NCBI GenBank assembly: GCA_045804965.1 | Contig: JBJMMD010000016.1 | Span: 293,642-357,641, forward strand | Direction: 5' to 3' | Length of the DNA stretch: 64,000 nucleotides | DNA from: Thermomicrobiales bacterium | GTDB lineage: Bacteria > Chloroflexota > Chloroflexia > Thermomicrobiales > UBA6265 | Shown: in pieces, positions 17,641 through 27,346 of the stretch | How the letters are laid out: each line of letters opens with the position of its first letter | Numbering within the stretch: the first letter of the stretch is position 1 | Translations under genes and position numbers: made by a program | The notes under the pieces: generated by a model | What the model saw: the letters and a program-made list of their open reading frames with translations, nothing else | The model's database searches: none | What the model was told of the DNA's origin: nothing

Positions 17641-17671
17641 CGATCCAGTCCGAATCGATCGGACTGGATCG
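17641..17671. repeat. perfect 13-bp inverted repeat with a 5-nt spacer
   Basis: cgatccagtccga atcga tcggactggatcg. It lies 130 nt upstream of the sugar-binding protein gene and has no U-tract. Confidence 0.7.
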
Positions 17672-17799
17672 CGCTTCGCGCATGCGTTGGGGCCAATCCC
17701 TATGTCGGCATCTGTAACCGGCGTGCGTTAGACCGCTCGGGGCGGCCCGGGGCCGAGTGTTGCGTTGCGTTCTTTGACGTCCCAAGAAAGGATCCAGCG

Positions 17800-19224
17800 A
17801 TGACCAAGTCATTCAACGCCGAATCGACGTCGCTTGGCGCCAGGATTTCCCGGCGCGAACTGCTGCGGGGCGCCGGGACTGCGGGCGCAATCGCTCTCGC
17901 CGGGCGAGGAACGAGCAGGGCGTTCGCCCAAAACGCAACGCCGTCGCCGAGTGCTCCACCCCTCCCTTCATTCAGTGGCAATGCCAAGATCACCTCCTGG
18001 GGATTCGGCGTCGAGGAAACGAATCCCATGGCCTTTTCCCGGGTCGATGCCTTCAAAAAGCAATATCCAAACATCGAAATCGAAATCGTTCCCCAGTTCG
18101 ATTCGCAGAAACTGCTCACCGGCGCCGCATCCGGCAATGTCCCGGATGTGCTCTGGCTGGACCGGTTTTCAGTGGCCAGTTGGGCGGCGCGAGGAGTGCT
18201 TACATCGATCGACGATTTGAACGCGAACGGCGCGATCGACTTCAGCCAGTTTTATGACGCCGCAGTCACTGAAGCCAAATACAACGGCAAACTGTATGCC
18301 GTGCCCCAGTTCATGGACGTCCGCGCGCTCTACGTGAACAACGATGCGCTCAGCGCAGCTGGAATCGATCCGGAATCACTCGATACCAGCAATTGGGATC
18401 AGCTCAGCCAGTTCGGCGGCAAGCTCGTGAAGAAGAACGGCGACAAGGTTGATGTCTGGGGATTCGACCACAAGATGGAAGCCCGCAACATCTGGATGTG
18501 GGGCTTCGGCGACGGCGGCAAGTTCATTAGCGATGACGGCAAAACGTTGTCGTACAACGATCCGAAAGTAGTTGAAGTCCTCGACTGGGGCGCGAAGGCA
18601 TATGACGCGCAGGGCGGAATGAAACTGCTTGAGGCGGTGGCGACGACCTGGCAAGGCGACGAGCAATTCGCTCGTGGACAGGTCGCGATGACGATCTACG
18701 AAAGTTGGATGCTCGGGATCGTTGCGCGAGTCGCTCCCGATCTGAATTTTTCGGTCGTACCAGTGAAGGTCAAAGGCGGAAAGGACGACGTCAGTTTCAC
18801 TGGTGGACCGGCCTGGGCAATTCCAGCGAAGGCCAAGAACCCGGACGCCGCCTGGGTCTTCATCCAGTTCATGAACCATCCAAACACCTGGATGATCGGC
18901 GCAAATGCCGTCAAGGAAGCGCGGAAGCAAGCCAATCAGCCATATATCCCATCGCTCACCGGCAACAAGCAGGCCGATCAAATGCAGATCGATCAGGTCT
19001 ACGAGTCGATCGATCCGAAGTTTGACAAGGCGGTGAAGCTCTTCCCGCAGTTGCTGAACTACAGCTACAACCGCCCGATATCGGTGTCACCGGTCGGTCA
19101 AGAACTCGACGACATCCTCGACGCCAGTGTGAAATCGGCGCTGCGTGGAGAGAAGTCGGCCAAAGACGCGATGGACGACGCCAACAACAAAGGACAGCAA
19201 GCGATCAACGATTTTCAGCCGTAG
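17800..19224 (+). CDS. ABC sugar transporter substrate-binding protein (family 1) with a Tat signal
   Basis: 474 aa. ISRRELLRGAGTAGAIALAG twin-arginine signal. It is followed by two MalF/MalG-type permease genes. Confidence 0.8.
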   Translation: MTKSFNAESTSLGARISRRELLRGAGTAGAIALAGRGTSRAFAQNATPSPSAPPLPSFSGNAKITSWGFGVEETNPMAFSRVDAFKKQYPNIEIEIVPQFDSQKLLTGAASGNVPDVLWLDRFSVASWAARGVLTSIDDLNANGAIDFSQFYDAAVTEAKYNGKLYAVPQFMDVRALYVNNDALSAAGIDPESLDTSNWDQLSQFGGKLVKKNGDKVDVWGFDHKMEARNIWMWGFGDGGKFISDDGKTLSYNDPKVVEVLDWGAKAYDAQGGMKLLEAVATTWQGDEQFARGQVAMTIYESWMLGIVARVAPDLNFSVVPVKVKGGKDDVSFTGGPAWAIPAKAKNPDAAWVFIQFMNHPNTWMIGANAVKEARKQANQPYIPSLTGNKQADQMQIDQVYESIDPKFDKAVKLFPQLLNYSYNRPISVSPVGQELDDILDASVKSALRGEKSAKDAMDDANNKGQQAINDFQP

Positions 19225-19234
19225 CTGTAGCGGC

Positions 19235-19269
19235 GCGCGGGCCGGCACTGCGCCGGCCCGCGCAATTTT
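19235..19269 (+). terminator. GC-rich stem-loop with a short T-run after the binding-protein gene (partial terminator or mRNA stabiliser)
   Basis: gcgcgggccggc actgc gccggcccgcgc, then aatttt. Confidence 0.55.
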
Positions 19270-19281
19270 GGCGCCGCGTCG

Positions 19282-20232
19282 ATGAAAGGTTTAGCGATGG
19301 CGCAGGCAACCCTTTCAGCAGGTTCCACGCAGACCATTCGGCGCCGTCGATTTTCGGAAGAAACGGTCGCGGGCTGGCTCTGCATTAGTCCATGGATCAT
19401 CGGCTTCTTCATCTTTACGGCCGGTCCGATCGCCGCCTCGGTCTATTTCAGTTTTACCGATTACGACGTGCTGACGCCGGCGCGATGGGTTGGGTTCGAA
19501 AACTACCGCCGGCTGTTCACGAACGACGACCTCTTCCCGAAGTCGTTATGGAACTCATTTGTCTATACGATGCTGTATGTGCCGCTGCACGTGGTAACGG
19601 CGCTCGGGATCGCGTTGCTGCTGAACGAGGCCAGAAAATTTACCGGCGTGTTCCGCACGCTTTTTTATCTCCCGTCGATCACGCCCCTTGTTGCCACGGC
19701 CTACCTCTGGATTTCGATCATGAACCCCAACGACGGTTTGGTGAACCGCACGTTGCGGGCGCTGAATTTGCCCGCCCCGGCCTGGACCGTCGATCCCTTC
19801 TGGACCAAACCGACCATCGTGATCTCCCAACTCTGGCTCCTTGGCGGCGCCATGATCATCCTCCTTGCCGGTCTGAAGGATGTCCCCGAGGATTTGTACG
19901 ACGCGGCACGGCTCGACGGCGCGAATGCCTGGAATCGGCTGCTCAACGTGACGCTGCCAATGTTGTCGAGCGTGCTCTTTTTTGTCGCCACGGTCGCCCT
20001 GATCAACGCCCTCCAAGTCTTCACTCAAGGTTATGTCATGTACGATCGTGACGGCGGGCCGAGCAATTCCGCGCTCTTCGTCATGATGTACCTCTTCAAG
20101 CAGGCATTCGAGTATTTCCGCATGGGCTACGCCTCGGCTATTGCCTGGCTCTTGTTCCTCTGCATCGTGATTGTGACCGTCATTCAATTCCGGCTTTCAC
20201 GGCGCTGGGTCTACTATGAGTCCGGAACATAA
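19282..20232 (+). CDS. ABC sugar transporter permease (MalF-like)
   Basis: 316 aa, multi-TM. EAA-like loop DAARLDGANAWNRLLNVTLP. An alternative ATG at 19297 has GAAAGG upstream. Confidence 0.8.
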   Translation: MKGLAMAQATLSAGSTQTIRRRRFSEETVAGWLCISPWIIGFFIFTAGPIAASVYFSFTDYDVLTPARWVGFENYRRLFTNDDLFPKSLWNSFVYTMLYVPLHVVTALGIALLLNEARKFTGVFRTLFYLPSITPLVATAYLWISIMNPNDGLVNRTLRALNLPAPAWTVDPFWTKPTIVISQLWLLGGAMIILLAGLKDVPEDLYDAARLDGANAWNRLLNVTLPMLSSVLFFVATVALINALQVFTQGYVMYDRDGGPSNSALFVMMYLFKQAFEYFRMGYASAIAWLLFLCIVIVTVIQFRLSRRWVYYESGT

Positions 20233-20243
20233 GGGGGGAGATC

Positions 20244-21125
20244 ATGGCGTTGACCGCGCGCTCAATTGCGCTTTCCCGCCCGCTCACACGTCCACAACAG
20301 AAGAAACATCGACTCGACGTCGGCCGGATCGCCGTTTACCTTGCCTTGATCGGGCTTTCGATCCTTTTCTGCATTCCCTTCCTCTGGCTCGTCGCGACAT
20401 CGCTCAAACCGCCGGACGAAGTCTTTTCCAACGGTTGGATCGGCTCTGATATCCACACCAAAAACTACACTGATGTTTTCCGCTACGCCCCGGTCTGGAC
20501 GTGGCTCCGGAACAGCCTGTTTGTCGCCGCGCTGTCGGTGATCACGGTCGTGTTTTCGAGCGCCCTCATAGCCTACGGCTTCGCCCGGTTGCGCTTCCGC
20601 GGGCGCAATCAGCTCTTTGCCTTCGTGATTGCCACGTACATGGTGCCGTCGGCCGCGACGATGGTGCCGACGTTCCTGATTTGGAACCACTTTCACCTCG
20701 TCGGCACCTTTTATCCGTTGTGGGCCACCAACATCTTTGGCTCCGCCTTCTACATCTTTCTCCTTCGCCAGTTCCTGATGGGTATCCCGCAGGACCTCGT
20801 CGACGCAGCCCGGGTCGACGGCGCCAGCTATCTGCGCATCTTTTGGTCGATCACCTTGCCGTTGATTCGGCCCGCGCTGATCGCGGTGGCGATCTTCGAG
20901 TTCCAAGCCAAATGGAACGACTTCATGACCCCGCTGATTTATTTGAACAAGCCATCGATGTACACCATGTCACTCGGTCTCGGCCTCTTCAAATCTGATT
21001 ATGAAACCCAATGGGCGCTCTGGATGGCCGCTTCTGTCATCTTCACACTGCCGATGGTCGCCCTCTTCTTTGTTGCCCAGCGATTCTTCATTCAAGGCGT
21101 CTCGAGAACCGGCCTGAAAGGATAA
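20244..21125 (+). CDS. ABC sugar transporter permease (MalG-like)
   Basis: 293 aa. EAA loop DAARVDGASYLRIFWSITLP. Confidence 0.8.
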   Translation: MALTARSIALSRPLTRPQQKKHRLDVGRIAVYLALIGLSILFCIPFLWLVATSLKPPDEVFSNGWIGSDIHTKNYTDVFRYAPVWTWLRNSLFVAALSVITVVFSSALIAYGFARLRFRGRNQLFAFVIATYMVPSAATMVPTFLIWNHFHLVGTFYPLWATNIFGSAFYIFLLRQFLMGIPQDLVDAARVDGASYLRIFWSITLPLIRPALIAVAIFEFQAKWNDFMTPLIYLNKPSMYTMSLGLGLFKSDYETQWALWMAASVIFTLPMVALFFVAQRFFIQGVSRTGLKG

Positions 21126-21417
21126 ACCCGCTCGCCGGCGGTCTCCGCCGCTGGTCGCCGCGCCGGTGTCAGGCCATGCCGAGTGGCGTATAGTTGCACC
21201 ATGGCGACTTCCTTGGCGGCGTCGATCGGCGCTGCACGCCGCATCGATTGTGACTGGCGGCGTGCGGCCGCGAATGCGGCGGTCTGCTCCCACGTCTGGC
21301 ATCCGTGAGTCCGCTCGGCGATCTTGACAACGGCATCGTCCGGCCGGTGCAACCGCCTATCTCGTCGGTCCGCCGCCGGGCAAGGGCAGAAGCTTTCGGT
21401 CGCGTTCAACAGGCATC

Positions 21418-22722
21418 GTGGGCACGTTGTTTCAGGGCCAGGCGGTTGAGTTGAAGACCGCGGATGAGTTTGGTTCCCAGGGCGAAGCGATTGCAGTCGG
21501 CGATTTTCGGCGCTATATCCGAGATCTCTCGGCCGTGCTCGCGTTGCCCGCGCGGTGGAGTGGGATGTCCCCACGCGAGATCGGCGAGGGACTGCTCAGC
21601 GCGTTGCTTGATATCCTCCGTCTCGATATCACCTTCGCGCGGTTCGAAGATCCAGGCGGTCAAAACGCATTCGAAGCCTGGAGGCCGGCCAGCGATACGA
21701 TGCCCGTCGCAGTCTCCGTACTGTTTACCGCGAATCACGATCCAACGCTCGCGCTGGCGACGCGATCGATGCCAGTGGCGCCACCAGACCAGCAAGCTCG
21801 CATGATGACCTGTTATCCGGCGTTGGTCGGCGAACGGTCGCTCGTCATCGTGGGTTGCACTCGCCCTGATTTCCCAACTGACTTCGAATCGACCCTGGTG
21901 CAGGCCGCGGTCGACCAGGCAGCCGTCGCGATTCGCGCGGCGCGCCAACTCGAAGCAGTTAAGGCCGATCGGGAACTGGCGGAAGCTGGCGTCACCGAGG
22001 GCCAGGACTTTATCGCGACCGTGTCGCACGACCTCAAGAACCCGCTCGGCGCGATCAAGGCTCAGGCTCAGCTCTTGCACCGTCATGTACAACGCGCAAA
22101 CCCACCTGACACCGAACGATTGCTCGGTGGTCTCGAACAGATCGACGCCACGGCGACGCGGATGACGGCGCAAATCGACGAGCTGCTCGACCAAACGCGC
22201 TTGCAAGCGGGAAAAGATCTCGACTTGCAGCGGCAAGCGGTCGATCTCGTGATGCTGACGCGCCAGGCCGTAGAAGAGGCCCAGCAGACGAGCGACCTCC
22301 ATCTGATTCGAATTGCGAGTCCGGTGAGCACCCTGGTCGGATATTGGGACCCGATTCGACTGCACCGCGTCCTTGCAAATCTGCTCTCGAACGCGATCAA
22401 GTACAGTCCGCGCGGCGGGACGATCAGAGTCACGATTGCGCTGGGGCGGGACGAGCGTCCGGGTAGTCATTGGGCGTCAATTGCTGTGACCGACGAAGGG
22501 ATTGGCATTCCCGAAGCGGACTTGCCCGAGATTTTCGAGCGTTATCGCCGGGGCGGCAATGTGGCCGGTCTCATCGCCGGCAGCGGCGTCGGTCTCGCGG
22601 GTTCGCTCGAAATCGTCGAAGAACACGGCGGCTCGATCACGGTCGAGAGTAGTGAAGGCGCCGGCAGCACGTTCAAGGTGATCCTCCCCCTCGTTCCCCC
22701 ACGCCGGGACTCGGCCGAGTAA
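21418..22722 (+). CDS. cytoplasmic sensor histidine kinase (GAF-like N-terminal region)
   Basis: H-box ATVSHDLKNPL, N-box LLSNAIKYSP, G-boxes DEGIGIP and GSGVGLA. GTG start. No response regulator is adjacent. Confidence 0.8.
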   Translation: MGTLFQGQAVELKTADEFGSQGEAIAVGDFRRYIRDLSAVLALPARWSGMSPREIGEGLLSALLDILRLDITFARFEDPGGQNAFEAWRPASDTMPVAVSVLFTANHDPTLALATRSMPVAPPDQQARMMTCYPALVGERSLVIVGCTRPDFPTDFESTLVQAAVDQAAVAIRAARQLEAVKADRELAEAGVTEGQDFIATVSHDLKNPLGAIKAQAQLLHRHVQRANPPDTERLLGGLEQIDATATRMTAQIDELLDQTRLQAGKDLDLQRQAVDLVMLTRQAVEEAQQTSDLHLIRIASPVSTLVGYWDPIRLHRVLANLLSNAIKYSPRGGTIRVTIALGRDERPGSHWASIAVTDEGIGIPEADLPEIFERYRRGGNVAGLIAGSGVGLAGSLEIVEEHGGSITVESSEGAGSTFKVILPLVPPRRDSAE

Positions 22723-22836
22723 GACCGAGCGTTGCCACAGTGCCTAGGTTTTCAATTTCGAAGTCATCGCGCTGCCGCCGCTTTCAGGCTGCGTAGAATC
22801 ACGTGCAATAGTCGTTTCCGTCCTTAGCCTCGGAGA

Positions 22837-22960
22837 GGCTTCGTCGTTTCAGCGGGGTACTCTCCGGGTCACTTTCAGCCCGGCGTCGCGGCGCAACTCC
22901 GTACGTGCGGGCAACGCACCGGACTCTATAGAGTCGCGGTGTCGCCGCGGGGGTACGGAG
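22837..22960. repeat. palindrome-rich intergenic block with a family C module
   Basis: ggcttcgtcgtttcagc (22837-22853) is the reverse complement of gctgaaacgacgaag at 8835-8849. ctccgtac (22897-22904) pairs with gtacggag (22953-22960). There is a perfect 14-bp palindrome gactctatagagtc (22922-22935). Confidence 0.6.
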
Positions 22961-23008
22961 AACGTTGGGTCTCTCTCAAATCCACCATCTCGCACTAACG
23001 CTGGCCCA

Positions 23009-23037
23009 TTGACATGGGCAGAACGCACCGCTAGACT
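23009..23037 (+). promoter_or_regulatory. candidate sigma70-type promoter of the LacI-sugar ABC operon
   Basis: TTGACA (23009-23014), 17 nt, TAGACT (23032-23037). Confidence 0.5.
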
Positions 23038-23045
23038 GCCGGTCA

Positions 23046-23059
23046 TCGAAACGCTTCGA
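23046..23059 (+). promoter_or_regulatory. candidate LacI-family operator
   Basis: tcgaaacgcttcga is an imperfect palindrome with a central CG. It resembles the TGnAAnCGnTTnCA class and sits just downstream of the -10. Confidence 0.4.
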
Positions 23060-23105
23060 CAATTCGCTCGCGCCCCTTCGTTACTCGCGCTTGTGAGGAC
23101 ATGCT

Positions 23106-24143
23106 GTGGCGACGATGGACGACATCGCCAGGCGCGCAGGCGTCTCCTTGAGCACCGTCTCCTATGTGCTCAGCGGCAAACGACCCATCTCCGAAGCAAC
23201 CAAGCAACGCGTTCGCTCCGCGATCGCGGAGCTCGACTTCCACCCGCACGAAATCGGCCGCGCCCTCGCCCGTAAGCGCAGCAACACGATCGCCTTGCTC
23301 TACCCGACCGGCTCCTATGGGCTCGCCGAGACAACCCTCGAAATCATCCTCGCCGCCGTCGACGAGGCGTCCAGCCGCGGGTATTCGACGCTGATTTCGA
23401 CTTCCCCGCCGGAGGAAGTCGAGGTGCTTCGCCTCATCCGCAACGGGCTCATCGACGGGCTCGTTCTGATGGAGGTTCGGCTGCGCGACGCCCGTGTTGG
23501 GCTCCTCCGCGCGCGCAAGTTTCCATTCACGATGATGGGGCACTGTGACCACAACGATGGCCTGAGCTTCGTCGACGTCGACTTCGAGCAGGCTGCGGCC
23601 ACCGCCGTCCATCACCTCTATGACCTCGGGCATCGACGCATCGCCTGTCTCACACGCCGGCAATTAATGGCGGACGTCGATTACGGTCCATCGATTCGCA
23701 CCGCGTGGGGCTTTGAAGCGGCGATCGCGGACCGTGGAATTGAGGGTGATATTTTGTCCTGCGACCCCTCGCCGGAGGGAGGCTATGACGTCGTCGACGC
23801 GCTGCTCAGAGCAGATCCTGAGGTGACGGCGATCGTCACCGTCAATTCGGAAGCGCTGGGCGCGATTTCCCGCGCAGTCCAAGACCACGGTCTGCGCATT
23901 CCCGAAGATGTGTCGCTCGTGGCCATTACCTCGTCCCGCACCGCGGAGTTCCTCACCCCGCCACTGACATCTCTCGACTTCCCGGCCGCGGAAATGGGCC
24001 GGGTTGGCACCCGCATGCTTATTGATCAGCTCGAGAAGGGAGGTGACTTCGAGCCGACGCAACACTTGTTGCAGGCACCGCTTTCGATCCGTCGCAGTTC
24101 GGGACCGGCCCGAACACGACATTGCGTGCCGGAAGGACGCTGA
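23106..24143 (+). CDS. LacI-family transcriptional regulator
   Basis: HTH MDDIARRAGVSLSTVSYVLSG plus a periplasmic-binding-fold C-terminus. Start is GTG 23106 or ATG 23115. Confidence 0.85.
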   Translation: MATMDDIARRAGVSLSTVSYVLSGKRPISEATKQRVRSAIAELDFHPHEIGRALARKRSNTIALLYPTGSYGLAETTLEIILAAVDEASSRGYSTLISTSPPEEVEVLRLIRNGLIDGLVLMEVRLRDARVGLLRARKFPFTMMGHCDHNDGLSFVDVDFEQAAATAVHHLYDLGHRRIACLTRRQLMADVDYGPSIRTAWGFEAAIADRGIEGDILSCDPSPEGGYDVVDALLRADPEVTAIVTVNSEALGAISRAVQDHGLRIPEDVSLVAITSSRTAEFLTPPLTSLDFPAAEMGRVGTRMLIDQLEKGGDFEPTQHLLQAPLSIRRSSGPARTRHCVPEGR

Positions 24144-24165
24144 TCGTTCGTTCTTCTGAGCAAGG

Positions 24166-25437
24166 ATGCGAGGAGACGAAACTATGCAGGCCAAAATCAC
24201 GCGCCGAGACGTTTTGAAAACCACCGCTGCTGGGGCCGCAGGGGTCGCGCTGACATCAACCATGGCGCGCCGCTCGTTCGCCAAGCAAGACGCGCCGGTC
24301 AAAATCACATGGTGGGACTACTACAACGTCGATGATGCCAACGGCAAGGCCACCGACGCGAACCATAAGAAATATATGGCGGCCCATCCAAACGTCACCA
24401 TCGAACGTACGCCGATCCCGTTCGCCGATCTCAAGCAGAAGCTGCTCCAGGGCGCGGCGGCCGGGCAATTACCTGACATCGCGGTCATCGACAATCCCGA
24501 TCATCAAGCCTTTGCCGCCCTCGGCGTACTCGAAGACTTGACCGACCGTGTAACTACTTGGGGCCAGGCAAAAAGTTACTTCGAAGGTCCCTGGTCATCA
24601 ACCGTTTTCCAGGGTAAAAACTACGGCATCCCTGACAACAGCAACTGCCTCGTGCTCTGGTACAACACCGATCTCGCGACCGCTGCGAATGTGAAACCGC
24701 CGACGAATTGGGACGAATTGAAAGCGGCCGCCGCGTCGCTCACCTCCGGCAATACCTTTGGCCTCGCCGTCTCGGGCGTCAAGAGCGAGGAAGGCACATT
24801 CCAGTGGCTTCCCTTCCTGTGGGAAACGGGCGAAGATATCCCGACCATCGACAGCGACGGCGGTCACCGCGCGCTACAGTTGTGGGTCGACCTGGTGAAT
24901 GAAGGCAATATGTCGAAAGGCATCCTCAACTGGACGCAAGGTGACGCGAAGGATCAATTTGTCAACAAGCAAGCGGCAATGATGATCAACGGCCCGTGGC
25001 AAATCCCGGTCATCAAGCAAAACAATCCCGACTTGAAGTGGGACGTAGTCACGCTGCCGAAGGACAAGCAGGCCGCCTCGATTCTCGGCGGCGAGAACTA
25101 CAGCATCATCAAGGGCGGCAAGAACGTCGACACCTGCTGGGACTACTTGACGTGGACCCAAGAGCCGGACAACCTGCTGCCATACCTCACGGCGGCTGGC
25201 AAATTGCCGAGCCGGCAGGACTTAGCGGACGATTCGGCCTTTACGAGCGACCCAGTGATCAAGGTCTTTGTTGAACAGCTCAAGGTCGCCAAGGCGCGCG
25301 CTTACGGCGACAAGTACCCCGAGATCTCGACCGCGATTCAAGAGGCGATCCAGGCCGCGGTGAGCGGACAGAGCGATGCCGCATCTGCCCTGAAGAAAGC
25401 ACAATTGACCATAACACCCCTCCTTCCGCAGAGCTAG
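24166..25437 (+). CDS. ABC sugar transporter substrate-binding protein (family 1) with a Tat signal
   Basis: 423 aa. ITRRDVLKTTAAGAAGVAL signal. Confidence 0.8.
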   Translation: MRGDETMQAKITRRDVLKTTAAGAAGVALTSTMARRSFAKQDAPVKITWWDYYNVDDANGKATDANHKKYMAAHPNVTIERTPIPFADLKQKLLQGAAAGQLPDIAVIDNPDHQAFAALGVLEDLTDRVTTWGQAKSYFEGPWSSTVFQGKNYGIPDNSNCLVLWYNTDLATAANVKPPTNWDELKAAAASLTSGNTFGLAVSGVKSEEGTFQWLPFLWETGEDIPTIDSDGGHRALQLWVDLVNEGNMSKGILNWTQGDAKDQFVNKQAAMMINGPWQIPVIKQNNPDLKWDVVTLPKDKQAASILGGENYSIIKGGKNVDTCWDYLTWTQEPDNLLPYLTAAGKLPSRQDLADDSAFTSDPVIKVFVEQLKVAKARAYGDKYPEISTAIQEAIQAAVSGQSDAASALKKAQLTITPLLPQS

Positions 25438-25460
25438 GAAGGCGAGGCAGCGGGACAGCA

Positions 25461-25490
25461 TCAGGCCGGATTAGTCACGATCCGGCCTGA
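25461..25490 (+). promoter_or_regulatory. intercistronic stem-loop after the binding-protein gene
   Basis: tcaggccgga (25461-25470) and tccggcctga (25481-25490) form a perfect 10-bp stem. There is no U-tract. Confidence 0.45.
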
Positions 25491-25523
25491 CAGCCGCCGG
25501 CCGGCAGGGTTCGGAGCACAGCG

Positions 25524-26465
25524 ATGGCAATCACCGCCACTGGAACCGAGCAGGTTTACGCTAAGACGCGTGCCGGCACGCGGGTGCGCCGTCGGCTTGT
25601 TCCCTATCTCTTCCTCTTGCCCGCGATCGCGTACATGTCAGTGACCATGCTCTATCCGGTCTATTCCAATATCCGGATGAGCCTGCACGATGTGACGGTC
25701 GGGACGTTCTTGGCGAACAACGCGCCGTGGAGCGGTCTCGACAACTATCGGACCTTGTTCAATGATCCCGCGTTCTGGAAAGCGGCGCGCCTCTCCCTCG
25801 AATTTACCGCCGGTTCGATCGTGTTTCAGTTCACGATTGGCTTTTTGCTGGCGCAATTGTTTAACCAGCCGTTTCCAGGCGCCAACGTCTTTCGTTCGCT
25901 CTTCCTCCTCGGCTGGATGATTCCAACCGTCGTCAGCGGCAGCATCTTTCGCTGGTTGCTCGATGGCGATTACGGCGTGCTCAATTGGATGTTACTCAAG
26001 GCCGGCGTCATCGACGAAACGCGCTATTGGTTGATCGACCCTGCCACCGCGCTTACAGGCACCATCATCGCCAATATCTGGGTGGGCATCCCGTTCAACA
26101 TGTTGCTGATCCTCGCCGGTTTGCAGCATATCGATCCCACCCTCTACGAGGCGGCCGCAATCGACGGCGCCGGCGCATGGCGGCGATTTTGGTCGATCAC
26201 GCTGCCGCTGATGCGCCCAGTTTCGCTGAGCATCATCGTGCTCGGCTTCATCTACACCTTCCGCGTGTTTGACCTGATCTATGTGATGACCAAGGGCGGA
26301 CCGGTCGACGCCACGACCGTGCTCCCGATCTTCACCTATCAGCTCACGTTCCAATTCTTCCGGTTCGGGCAGGGCGCGGCCGGGGCAACCCTGCTGCTGA
26401 TTGGCTTGCTTGGGGTCGCGCTTGCGTATCTCTGGCTGAGCCGGCGCGAGGAGGTAGGTGGATGA
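25524..26465 (+). CDS. ABC sugar transporter permease
   Basis: 313 aa. EAA loop EAAAIDGAGAWRRFWSITLP. Confidence 0.8.
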   Translation: MAITATGTEQVYAKTRAGTRVRRRLVPYLFLLPAIAYMSVTMLYPVYSNIRMSLHDVTVGTFLANNAPWSGLDNYRTLFNDPAFWKAARLSLEFTAGSIVFQFTIGFLLAQLFNQPFPGANVFRSLFLLGWMIPTVVSGSIFRWLLDGDYGVLNWMLLKAGVIDETRYWLIDPATALTGTIIANIWVGIPFNMLLILAGLQHIDPTLYEAAAIDGAGAWRRFWSITLPLMRPVSLSIIVLGFIYTFRVFDLIYVMTKGGPVDATTVLPIFTYQLTFQFFRFGQGAAGATLLLIGLLGVALAYLWLSRREEVGG

Positions 26466-27304
26466 ACCGAGTACGCAGTCTCCAGCGCCGAGGTTATGGG
26501 CGAACCGTCATTGCCGCGGTCATCGTCATCATCTACCTCTTTCCCGTTTATTGGATGGTCGCTTCTTCCTTGAAGACACAGACCGATATTTTCGCCAAAC
26601 CGCCGCAATTCGTCCCCACCCACCCGACCTTGCAGGCATATCGCGACGCGGTCCTCAACAACCATGTGGCCTTGCGGTCCATCGGCAACAGCGTGATTAT
26701 CGCCCTCGGAACCATGCTACTGACGCTGATCCTAGCCCCGCCCGCAGCCTATGCGCTCGCTCGGCTTCGCTTGCCCGGAGCGGGCATATTCTTGCTCGCC
26801 CTCCTGATCAGTCAATTGTTGCCGGCGGTGGTCGTCGCTGGCCCATTGTTCGTGATGTTCAGTCGCATCCATCTCATCAACTCGTATCAGGCGATGATTG
26901 TGGCCGACGTTACGAGCACTTTGCCCTTCGCCGTCATCATCCTCCGGCCCTACTTCTTGGGAATTCCGCGAGAGCTTGAATCAGCCTCGCTCGTCGACGG
27001 CAGCACTCAATTTGGCGCCTATTTCAAGATTGTTCTGCCTCTCATCCGGCCGGGGCTGGTCACGGTCGCGGCCTTCTCGTTCTTGATCGCTTGGGGCGAA
27101 TTCATTTTCGCCCTTTCCCTCAATCTGAACACGAAGATCGAACCGATTACGGTCGCGATCAACCAATTCATCGGTCAATACGGCACGCAGTGGAACAACC
27201 TGATGGCGGTCTCGACCGCGGTCGCCATCCCGATCGTAATCGTCTTCCTCGCGCTCCAGCGGTACATCGTCGGCGGCTTGATTACCGGGGCAACCAAAGA
27301 GTAG
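26462..27304 (+). CDS. ABC sugar transporter permease
   Basis: 280 aa. EAA loop ESASLVDGSTQFGAYFKIVLP. It overlaps the upstream gene by 4 nt. Confidence 0.8.
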   Translation: MNRVRSLQRRGYGRTVIAAVIVIIYLFPVYWMVASSLKTQTDIFAKPPQFVPTHPTLQAYRDAVLNNHVALRSIGNSVIIALGTMLLTLILAPPAAYALARLRLPGAGIFLLALLISQLLPAVVVAGPLFVMFSRIHLINSYQAMIVADVTSTLPFAVIILRPYFLGIPRELESASLVDGSTQFGAYFKIVLPLIRPGLVTVAAFSFLIAWGEFIFALSLNLNTKIEPITVAINQFIGQYGTQWNNLMAVSTAVAIPIVIVFLALQRYIVGGLITGATKE

Positions 27305-27346
27305 CGCGTCAACCGATCCGCGCGTTGCCCAAGAGGACTGCATCCC

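Noticed and set aside
21092-21417. A minus-strand ORF with high GC3 (..VKIAERTHGCQTWEQTAAFAAARRQSQSMRRAAPIDAAKEVAMVQLYATRHGLTP..) in the gap between the permease and the histidine kinase.
   Set aside because: It has no convincing start codon or ribosome-binding site and no family I recognise, and its end overlaps the permease gene. It may still be a real small gene and is worth a tblastn check.
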